Shown one piece after another: positions 36,576-46,459 of a stretch of DNA of 64,000 nucleotides (within the stretch, counting starts at the first letter, position 1; each line of letters begins with the position of its first letter). Made by a program: the position numbers and the translations under genes. A model generated the notes under the pieces. That model did not search any database. It saw nothing but the letters and a program-made list of their open reading frames with translations, and had not been told where the DNA came from. Origin of the DNA: Haplodiscus bocki (Eukaryota); assembly GCA_965655095.1 (NCBI GenBank), contig OZ296649.1, positions 29,202,001 through 29,266,000 on the forward strand, read 5' to 3'.

Positions 36576-37460
36576 TCAGTGAAGTGTTGATTATTCGGAT
36601 CGTTTGGTACATGCTCACAAGCTTCGTTGGAGGAGGGTTTTTGAATAGACTCTCAAGAAATTTGAAGTTTGTAGACGCAGAAGGACAAGAAAAAGTAGCT
36701 TTTTCCCAAGTTTCAAGTTTTCCGTGTCAATTTTGGAACTTTTAAATGTAGTGTTGTAGGTCAGGCTCTTGATAATGTAGATTTCGTCGTTTATATCGAG
36801 AAAAATAGTTGTCATCTAAAACTTCCCGTCTTGACTCATGATCAGGACTGGGGGTGGATTTTTGAAGAGAACTTCGATGAATGAATAATGTGATGATCCA
36901 GGGGTACAAATGAAGGCTGTTATTTGTTCGTCGTTAGTTGACTCCGTTATGACTCTGAATTCTTTGGTATATTATTGAATATGATGCTCACAATTATCTG
37001 GTGTTGATTGTCAATATTCAGAAGAGTCAGTGTCATCTAGATAATGAAATCTTCGTTTCTACAAACGATGTCGCTAGGAATATAGATTTCTGAGGAAAAG
37101 ACTCTGCGCAAATGACAATAATTAGGAGATCCAGAAGAGCAATTATACACCTCTTCTTTCCCTGTTTCAGTTTCAATATGCAGTAGAATAGTCTTTGAAT
37201 CGGACGTCAGTTCAATTCTTTTGATTGCTTTTATTTGTCCGTCATTTTTCACATACATCGCGTAATAACAAATCGGAGAACGAAGCCTTCAATTATTTCA
37301 TTGTTCTTCGAGTATGTAATAGTTATAAATGATTATTATATAACTCAGATCATTTTTATAAAAACTTTGATTAGGTTGAAAATTAGTAGCAACAAATTAA
37401 AGAAAACATTGGTCAAGTCAGCATTCTTCATTTTTTCCACTCTTATGTTTTCTCTATTCT
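36576..37460 (-). pseudogene. Decayed accessory coding region(s), unknown function
   Basis: Track ORFs 37037..37258 and 36615..36815 extend through isolated stops and a frameshift into protein-like sequence (QITAFICTPGSSHYSFIEVLFKNPPPVLIMSQDGKF). Confidence 0.4.
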
Positions 37461-37699
37461 GCTACGTTTATCGTAGTAGGGCCTTGCGGGGTAGAAGTAG
37501 GTGTCTCGAGAGTAGGGTAGGAGTCTGGTTCGGGTAGGTGAAGAAGTTAGGAGATCCATTGAAGGAGCTAGGAATTAAGTAGGAGTAAAGCAGGAGTAAT
37601 GAAGGATATAAAAGAATCTTCGAAAAGAGGAGTCAGGAGAAGTGCAGGGGGGTCGCATCTTCGTAATCTAATGTTTTGTTGTTGTAGGGTGTAAAACAA

Positions 37700-38500
37700 C
37701 TATCAAGAGCCGTTAGAGGTGGAAGTTGCGGCGCAGGAGTCCCCGGAGTCTTCGGATCCCTCTCCTGGGTCCCCGTCGCCTGTGTTCCAGTTACCGGTGG
37801 GCGACGCGTCTAATTTCATGGGTTCTTACACAGCCGACGAAATTGATGATATTGAGTTTTGGGCTAACCGGTAGCGAGACCTAAGGGGGTGTCAGGTTCC
37901 TTTGCTGAGGAACCCGACATTTCGGACAACCTAAAGTTGTTCTTAAAATACACAATGGGGCCTCAATGGCAGTATAAGTTGACTCATTCTGCCGGAGAAG
38001 TCCTGATTTTCCAACTTCGGGTGATTTTCCAACCTGAGAGGGTACGAATAATTAACACACTTTAACCGTCGGCAGTGGCTCCGGTTGTTCTCCGCGTGGA
38101 CAATTTCTGAGGGCCGTGAACAGCTGGGGTTGGTGGCCATCTCCGGCGGTTTTCAAGAAATTTAGGGCCTCTGGGCCTTCTTCTGGGTCGCTGGTCGTTC
38201 TCGGCCGGCGGCCTTTTTCTACTGTCTTATGCCCGTCTTTGTGTTAAAAATCTTGGAGTTTCATAAAAAGTAAAAAAGATATAAAGGTCTTTGAGAAAAG
38301 TAGGTTGAATCGTCAGAGTAGAATGCAGAGATTGAGGAGTCGATCGATCTGACAGACTCGTCATCGGAGCTTTCGTATGCAATACAATCAAAGATGTGGG
38401 AAAGAAATCGAGTAGGGAGATAGGAAAGCACTTCTTCAAGAAATGGATAGTTAGTCGTGAGAGAATAATGGCATAGAAGTTGATATAAACTGGCCATGGC
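37700..38500 (-). pseudogene. Decayed accessory ORF region just downstream of pol
   Basis: ATG-initiated ORF MASLYQLLCHYSL...SSDDESVRS (38261..38497), followed by a GC-rich, partly open region. Confidence 0.3.
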
Positions 38501-38797
38501 TTTAGAGCCGAAAAGGACCTGAAGGTTCTTTTAATCAGTGAGGCCCAGCTTGGAGGTTTTTGGCGAAATCGCTGTGACGCACACTCGCACAATGGGAGTG
38601 GCATAATTCCAGTAAAATTTAGTTAGAAGAGCTGAGTAAAAACCCAGGGTATGCCATTCAGTCAAAACCTGCCAGATTCAATTTGGGTAAAACTTATGGC
38701 ACTTAGGCATGTTTGTCTGGAATATAAAAAAGTGAAAGCCTAATAGAAAGGTAGTGAGTTCCAAAGAATAGTAAAAAATTATACAAAAGTCGGAATT

Positions 38798-40695
38798 TTA
38801 GAGTTTATAGCCTTGTCTAGTGCGGGTTTGAAGCACAGACTGTGGGTCAGGATGATCAGGTTGGGAACGATTGTATTTAGGTTCCTTGTTTTTTGATTCT
38901 CGGCTATTAGTAATGAATTGTTGTATTCGGGTTAATGGTCCACTAGGAGGTTCCGTTCGTGAAGTGGATGAGATGAGATGAGGCTGCGAATTATCAGGAT
39001 TTATTGGCATTGTTGGTGACAGAACATGAGGAGAATTTACTCCAGAGTCACTGCTAGTATTATTGACCCGTTTCTGTGGAAGTGTACTCGGGGCTGTACG
39101 AAGAGGTTCAATAGGAAATGGGAGCGAGTTTTCCATGCAAGGTTGTTGGGAGTTGCTTGGCTTCCAGATTCGCTGCTCCATGAATCGTTCCTAAAAATCG
39201 TCATGACGTCGGTCCATCAGCACAAATTCTCCGATCATCGGAGGTAGTGTTTCTTCTTTAGGATAGTACTCAACTAAATGATTTCGATGCACTGTTTTGA
39301 GAATTGTAGGATCTTTGTCATCTTACGTTTGATAAGTTGTGTTAGTTACTCGTTTTGTTACTGTAAAGGGTCCGAGACGTCTCTGTTGAAATTTTTGACT
39401 CTTAGAAAGATCTTGGCGAACTTTTTGTCCTATCTCTAATAGTTGTACCAACTTGAATCGTTTTTTGTAGGCATACGATCTAGCTGTTTGTTCTCGACAT
39501 CCTTCGAAAGTAGCGGAATAGATGCTTTTGAAATCAATTTCTCGTTCCAGGAGTGCGTGTGAAAGTTGTGGTCGAAGAAGATTGTCTAATAGTTGATTCT
39601 TTAGGTTGTTCTCACCATGTGAATAAAATAGCAGGTCTCTGCAGAATTTAGAGCAACAATGTTTAAGTTTATTGCAGTAAAGTCCAAGTTTCAAAGACAT
39701 AGGGATCTGAGGTTTTGTACCTAAAACTATTTCGTAAGGTGTTTTCCCAGTAGTGTAGTTAACGCTTGAGTTGTGGGCAAAAGCGAATTTCGGTGCTAAA
39801 GAAGACCAAGTGTTTCCAGCGTCGTTCAAGAACTCCCGCCAATAACGGGCGATGTGTTCGTTCTGGGTTCCAATTTTGCCATCAGTCCAAGGCGAGTGTG
39901 CTGTTCTAGGTCGCAGAGTGATTCCCATTTCTTTTGTCCAGTTAATGAATTCGGTATTGATGAAAGCCGCACCTCGGTCATGCACAATAGATTGAGGAAT
40001 TCCGAATGAACGGATCCATTTCTCAACAGCAGAGATAATAACCTGAGCACCAGTGTTAGTAACTGGGTATACCAATAAAAAGAGAAAAAAAGCATCAATA
40101 ATCAAGAGACAGTGAAGATTCCGGTTACTTGGGGGCTGAAGAGGTCCCTTGTGATCAATATGAGTTGTTCGGAACGGGACTGTCTCGTGTTGCCATTCTT
40201 CCAGTGGTATTTCGTTCCTGTGTTTAGGTTTTGGTTTGTTGTTTTGGCTAGTCAGACAATCAGCAGTGAGTGTACATATCCAGTTGAACATACCAGGCCA
40301 GTAGTAGAATCGTTTTGCATTGTTGTAGGTTTTTCAAGCTCCCATGTGTCCGTCCATTTCGTTGTAGTGTCCAAGTCTGAAACGCGCTAGGAAGAGTGAT
40401 AAAGGTAAGCAAATTTGCAGGTTTTCATCATCTAGTTTTTCAGTAGGTCCGTTGTAACATAGAAGTTGTGCTTCTTCTTCAATTAGAAGTCAGTCTAATT
40501 TTTGGCAGTATCGAAGTAAGCTTTTGGACTGTTGTATTTCGGGGACTTTGTTATGGGTGAAATTCCTTTACGTAGCCAGGATCGAGCAGTACCAAGAACT
40601 GGGTCTTTGATTTGTTCGGCCAGGATCGTGGAGACATCAAGATCAACTGCTTTAGAAACATCATCCAGTTTAGCAATTAAGGATTTAGTATCCAA
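38798..40695 (-). pseudogene. Integrase (HHCC zinc domain, DDE core, GPY/F module, Pro/Ser-rich tail)
   Basis: EQIKDPVL; HYNEMDGHMG...YYWPGMF...CLTS; HIDHKGP, VHDRGAAF, WTDGKIG (catalytic E lost in this copy); LGPFTVTKRV; VHRNHL. Confidence 0.93.
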
Positions 40696-41289
40696 ATGCG
40701 GCGCTTCCGTAGCTGTCGGCGTTTTCTAAACTAGGGAAGCATCAATTTTTCCTAAGACAGCGTCATGAGCTGCTTTGGCTTTGCACAGCCTGTAGTGGTC
40801 GGCATGGGTGTTTATTTCACATATTAGGTTGCCTTCGTCATCGTTGATGATCGCAGCAGCGTCCTCGGATGGTTCATCCAGTACCTCATCGCTTTCGTTA
40901 GCACTCAGCGAGTTGATCAAACTGTATGTTGGTTCAGAGTCTTCTGCCAAGCTCAAAGACAGCGTTGAGGGTAGGCATAGGCCTCGGAATTGTTTGATTG
41001 TTCGGTCCAGTGCAAAACAATCGGTTGCGGATTGTATCGTCGTTGTAGGAAATTCGTTACTAAGGCTATTCAACGTGAAATTCTCACCGCTATTGTGCAA
41101 TCGGAGAACCTTATTGTCGTTGTTTTGTTGGCAATGGATTGGGTAGAAGTCGTTGCAAGTATTGTTAGGATTATCATCGTTTTGAATTCGATAGGTAACT
41201 GGAGATCCATGTTCATCGTAGAACTCTATGTCCCTAGGTACCTTCTTGTGTTGTAACTGATGTTTTCGGTATTCTTCTACTGTTACGTT

Positions 41290-41920
41290 TCGATTTAGGA
41301 TATCCGGGAAAGCAAGATTTGATCTCGGAGTCCAGATATTTTTAAGTTTTTGGAATTTTGTTATGATTACTTGATACCTGAAAACCGATGTGATAGTTGT
41401 CCTTTTGTCCCCATAGATAAAAAATCGGTTTGTGATCACAATAGAGGTATATTGGAAAAGGAAATCCAATGATTTAGTGTTCATATGTTTGTAAAGCTGA
41501 AACTATTCCACATAGTTCTCTATGGAGAGAAGACATCTTCTGTTCGGCTTTGTCGAAAATTCTTGAGATGAAGGAGAATATTCGTTTTCCCTCAGGAAAT
41601 TGTTGAATTAGGATAAAACCTGTTCCAGTATTTGACGAGTCCACATGAATGTGAAAAGTATAATCAGTTGAAAGTACAGCAAGGATCGTATCTTCACTAA
41701 TTCTGTCTTTGATTGATTGGAATAGTTTTTCATAATCCTGTGTCCAGTGGAAAGGAGTCGTGTCCTTAATCAAGTAGTAGAAGGGCTGACTGTCCACATG
41801 AAGGTTCCTAATATCGCAACTGCAGAATCAGAGGCCTCCTAAAATTTTCATAACATCTCGTTGACTTTCTGGTTATTTGAGTTTTTTCAAGTCTTTCACT
41901 CGTTTTGCATTAGGTTGGAT
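41290..41920 (-). pseudogene. RT connection and Ty3/Gypsy-type RNase H
   Basis: FHWTQD...FHIHVDSSNTGTGFILIQ...AEQKMSSLHRELCGIV...NLAFPDILNR. Confidence 0.9.
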
Positions 41921-42720
41921 TCAGTCTGGGGATATAACGTGACCAAGAAATTCACCTTTCTTTAGAAAAAATAATGTTTTGTCAGGGGCTGCCTTGAGAC
42001 CTGCTTTCCTAAGAAGTGTATCGTACTCGTTGATGACCGTGAACATCTCATTCTTGTTTTGTGACTGCATTATTGAATCGTCAATGTAGGTGATTGCTTG
42101 TTTCCTCCCGATGAGAGTGTCAAAAAGTATTATCATTAGTCGGCTGAAGAAATTTGGGAGCCCGCACAAGCCATAAAATCCACGTGTGTAGGTGCACTGT
42201 TTTCCAGCGATTATGGAACTAGTTAGTTTTTGTGTTTCCGGGCTCAACGGGACTTGATGATAGTCACAAGAGAGATCACTTACCGAGAAGACCTTGCGAT
42301 TGACCCTAGTCATGATCATCAGCGCTGGTTCCAAGGGCCAGGAGTAATTTGTAAGATCAGTCACTGAATTACGATATCTTTTGTCAATCACTAACTTCAC
42401 ATAGTCCGTTTTAGGCATTAGGATAATCATTGACAAATAACGATCCCATCTCGTCGTCGTCACCCATCTCACGAATGATATCTGCGTCCTTTGTTTGTGT
42501 GAGTAGTTTTTTTTTCTTTCAAGTGTAAGGGAACTTTGTTAGGTCGTTGTCGTTTCAGTTCAACGCTAGGTGTCAGTGTGACGTGGAACTTCTGGCGGGT
42601 TTTGCCCACATCAAACATATGTTGAGAATAAACATCCCGCGCGTCGACTAACATATCAATCAGGTGAATCATTTCTTCATCTGTAAAGTCTGAGTACTGA
42701 AAATCGAAATCTTTAACGTA
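41921..42720 (-). pseudogene. Reverse transcriptase
   Basis: KLVID, DLSCDYHQVPL, GFYGLCGLPNFF, YIDD (42077-42088), FLGHVIS. Confidence 0.96.
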
Positions 42721-42959
42721 GTTTATGAGTTCTTTTGGCTGATATTGAAGATAGTGATCAATGAGTCGGTTGTTGTGATCTTTCTCACGGAGGACTGGAA
42801 ATTACTTGTCACAGGTTGGTTGGCAGGACTTGGAAACCTTAGTGAAGTCTGTTTTTAACTCACGGTTTTCTAGGAGGAATTCTTCACTGTGTTGTTCTAT
42901 CTCGTCGTCAGCACAAAACTCAGCGTCTCCTTCAGCGGACAGCGCGTGGACTCTATTTT

Positions 42960-43400
42960 CCTCAAGAGTGTATACTACAATTTGCACGTCAGCGTTAGCG
43001 AAGATATCTCGGAGTAGTTTCACAACTTCTTGCTAGTTCATTTGATATAGTGCACAACCAAGTTTGGTTATAGCAAGAGTAAAACCGCCATTCGTACTTG
43101 CATGAATCTTCAATGCTTCCAATGTTTTAGACAGTGTCGATAGGTTGGGTTTATCGCAAAAACTTTCTTTAGTCACCAGATTGTAGATATAACGCTTTCC
43201 TAGTGAATCCCAGAAAAGGAAGACTTGTCCCATGAACAAATTTTGCTTTCGGGCAAGTTGATCTGAGACCAGGAATTCTCTAGGGTAGAAAATCAGCAAA
43301 ACTTTCACTCATTCGAGCAACCGCAGATATGCAATGTCCAATTGAATTAGGTTGTTGGAGGATCGAACTTTCTGTACCATAGATAATCTGCAGAAATTCG
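42960..43400 (-). pseudogene. TARG1/OARD1(C6orf130)-like macrodomain (ADP-ribose glycohydrolase) within pol
   Basis: SIGHCISAVARMS..FA / RYIYNLVTK..KPNLSTLSKTLEALKIH..NG..LAITKLGCALYQMN*QEV..IFANADVQIVVYTL is collinear with OARD1 as recalled (SLAHCISEDCRMG / RYIYYLITK..KPTYENLQKSLEAMKSH..LSMPRIGCGLDRLQWENV..VFEATDIKITVYTL). Confidence 0.9.
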
Positions 43401-43798
43401 TCACCGCTCTGAGCTGGAACTGTCGGGTGTAAGAGAAAACAGTCATTAAACCGTTCATCAGTAGAGATGATAGCGTTCGTTAACTCGTAAGGACTTCGTA
43501 TTTGGTACTTGGGCTCATCTTGATTAACCACTTCCAGAGAAGAGAATCCAATCCGTCCCTTTGGTAATGTAATTTGGTGGTTCTCATCGTTTTCCATCAG
43601 TATCGGAAGATAACGTTCATATCGGGTGCATAAAGTGTTTATGAAGGATGGGCCAGTAGCCACAGCATGTCGATTTGGTTGAAAAGTAGAACCTGGTGGG
43701 AAGTGTGTATGAGTGTCTGCGGGACAGTACTTCCAACAACGGGCACTTTTAGCGTCAATACACATCGTATAGGGGGTTCTAACTGTCACAATTTGTGA

Positions 43799-44281
43799 TT
43801 AGTGAGGATGGGACTTTTTTTGATGAAACCTGCCATAGAGGATTGACTTGGGAGGATTCTTTATTTCAATTCCACGCAGATCAAAAAGAATTCCAGAAAC
43901 TTGTTTTTGACAGAAGTCCATGCCAAGAAGATTCTGAGTTCTCATCTCAGTGATCCATACTGTTAGTGGGAAGATAATTTGTCCATCTGGATCATAACTA
44001 AAAGTGATAGTTGCATAGCCAATCATCGGAACTGTTTGTCCCGAGTATGTCGTTGTTACTTTGGTACTTTTTTGTATAGTAATTGGGAGCTGTAACTGGC
44101 AGATTTCCCAAAACGTTCGGTAAATGATGATTGAGCAAGAAGCTCCTGTATCTAACGTGAATTCGATCTCTAAACCACTATCTTTTTGAATGTCTCCGGT
44201 GGCGAAGTAAGAGACATTGAGGCTAAGCCTCGAGTTTTGAGATTTATCGGTGTTCGAGTTCGGAGACCTTAGTAGTTTAAC
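43799..44281 (-). pseudogene. Aspartic protease (start of pol)
   Basis: FTLDTGASCSII active site and NLLGMDF motif. Confidence 0.95.
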
Positions 44282-45700
44282 AGGCAAAGGTCTGACACTT
44301 CGTTAATGGTATCATCGGTTGTGGTGAAGCGAACCACATTAGATGATGTCTGATTTTTGTTCTGCGGAAACTTTTATTCATAGAGCGTAAAACTAGTCGT
44401 AGATCGATTGTCAGATCTGCGGAAGGCAGAGTAGTTATGTTGATCACTTCTTGGTTGGCGATAGGAGTTATTTTGTGAGAAGTCTCTTCTTTGAGCCGAT
44501 GAAGAACGAGAAACATTTCCATTGTTTCGCCAGTTCCCATTAGATTTGTTGAAAAACTCATTTCGAGATCGATTTCCCTGATTTCTATTGAATGTTTGGT
44601 TTCGGCGTTGATCAGATGATCTTCTGTTGTTCGGGTGATTCTTCTCATTTTCGAAGCTGGGCCTTGGAGGGAAATTTCGATAAGATGTGGGAAAATTCCT
44701 TGTGGGTCCATCATTATTGTAATTTTGATTTCTTTTTTGGAAATCCTGGCCTCTAATCCATTGCTCTTCTCCATGATCTGGTCCCCCTTTTTTGTTGTAA
44801 TCCTGAGTAAACGTGACTTTCCTTTCGGTAGATCTTTCGTTTTCAGTTCGTTTTAATTCTTCGTCCCGTATCTTCTTGCGGCACCAACTTGGGGTATGTC
44901 CGTTTGTGCGGCAGTAATTGCAAAATCGTGTTGCATTCTGTCTTCCTTTTTGGTTTGGGTCTACTGTTCGAGAATTTTCTTCTACAGCAATGACTGGGTG
45001 TTATTATAGTTGCAATCGTAGATTCTTCATCTTTTGACCCAAGGTGGCCATCTGAGCCCTGGTTTGTTCTTCGTCATTTAAAAAGTTGGAAGGAACTTGG
45101 AATGATACATCTTTTTGTATCATCCTGGTAGAAAGTCATTCCACGTAACAATCGGGTTTTCCATCAGATATTCTTATGCTTTTTGCGGGAGGTACCTAGG
45201 TCGTAATCCTTTTAGCGAGTAGTCGCTGCATCTTTGTCTTAATTGTCGTCCTTGAGCTGCTCTTTCAGCACCATGATCTGCTGCGGCACTTCCCTCCATA
45301 TCGTATCGCCACCTTTTATCCACGGTTCTTCTAATGCGGTGTAGGAAGTTCCGAATTTCTTCTCCATCTCCTCTAATACAATGGTCCACTTCCATTCGGT
45401 ATCGGAATTTGTTTCGTCCATCTGAAAATCTAGTGATGAAATTTGTTCAAACATTCTCCCAGGTTGTTGCGTTGGTATTATTGTCCTCGTACCACTCAGC
45501 GGCTGGTCCTCGGAGCAAAGAGGAAAACAGCGCTTTCTTCCTGAAAGTGTAGTTTGCCAGTTCACCAGCATCTGCAGGTGCGTCTCCAAGAACAAAGTTG
45601 ATTCAAGTAATTGGATGAAAGATTCGGCGTCCTGATTGGGATCTGTGCCAGAAAATTTGTCGATGGCTAGATCAAGATAAGCAAGATGAGTATTAGCCAT
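44269..45700 (-). pseudogene. gag: Gag (capsid, CCHC nucleocapsid, N/Q/R-rich tail)
   Basis: KFSGTDPNQDAESFI, LRGPAAEWY, TWENV..FITRF capsid motifs; zinc knuckle CNYCRTNGHTPSWC at 44881-44922. Confidence 0.93.
44275..44281 (-). promoter_or_regulatory. Putative -1 ribosomal frameshift site G_UUA_AAC at the gag/pol overlap
   Basis: gag frame ends ...CTG TTA AAC TAC TAA; the pol frame CCT GTT AAA CTA is -1 relative to it. Confidence 0.7.
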
Positions 45701-45809
45701 TGTAAAGGTTATATCTTCAAAATAAGGAGTCTAGTAGTTCTCCAAGAATATGAAGTTGATTGGAGTTCAAGGGGGGTTCAGGAAAATTTTCGTTATCGTC
45801 TAGGGCCTC

Positions 45810-46058
45810 TCACAGAGTATTAAGTAACGGATTATGCTTATTAATGTCTATTTGTTTCGAAATACTTCGGTTTCCTTCTGGATGGGCAGTCACTCTTATC
45901 CAAAAATCATAGTTGAAGTTCCATTTCAAGCATGTGATGACGACTGTCAAAGTTCCGTTTTGAAAACTGATTGTCCACGGACAATTCACTGGAATATGCT
46001 GGCACTCATGGTCGATATCATCCCAATTTGGAGGAAAATTCTCAAATTTGTGTGACAT
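45810..46058 (-). CDS. ORF0 upstream of gag (82 aa; frame continues ~30 codons past a TGA)
   Basis: ATG start; Trp/Cys-rich globular-looking sequence; lies between the PBS and gag. Confidence 0.45.
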   Translation of the reverse strand: MSHKFENFPPNWDDIDHECQHIPVNCPWTISFQNGTLTVVITCLKWNFNYDFWIRVTAHPEGNRSISKQIDINKHNPLLNTL

Positions 46059-46440
46059 TTACAGTTTATTCAAATTTAACATTAATATCCAGATTGAAAA
46101 ATGAATGATACTAGTAACGATCACAGTTTTAAGACTCAGTTTCCAGAGGTTCGGTTGTGGACAATTTTTTCCAATTCAAAAACTCCTAGAAGATAGGTAG
46201 GTGTTAGAAGTTAGGCTATAATCGCAATTAAGAAAAAATATAGCGCAAGGATCAGGTCAGTTCTGATTTCGAAAGGTTTATACTGGAGAAACTCGGGAAT
46301 TGCTGGATGAGAGTTTTCTAATTAGAGCAACTGTTATAATTCCCAATGATATGAGAAGATTAAACGTTACGAAAGGGAATATGAAGAAAAGCTTTTACGC
46401 CAAGATATAATCAACTGATCGGTCAAAAAGATAAATATGC

Positions 46441-46456
46441 TTCACTGGTCGCACCA
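46441..46456 (-). promoter_or_regulatory. Primer binding site TGGTGCGACCAGTGAA
   Basis: Begins with TGG 3 nt after the CA end of the 5' LTR; complementary to a tRNA ending ...GGUCGCACCA; isoacceptor not assigned. Confidence 0.8.
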
Positions 46457-46459
46457 GTT

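Noticed and set aside
44277-44774. 165-aa track ORF as the gag C-terminus
   Set aside because: It is an alternative frame; the zinc-knuckle frame continues with one stop to TAA at 44269.
46441-46456. tRNA gene
   Set aside because: Only a short tRNA-3'-end complement (the PBS); no cloverleaf.
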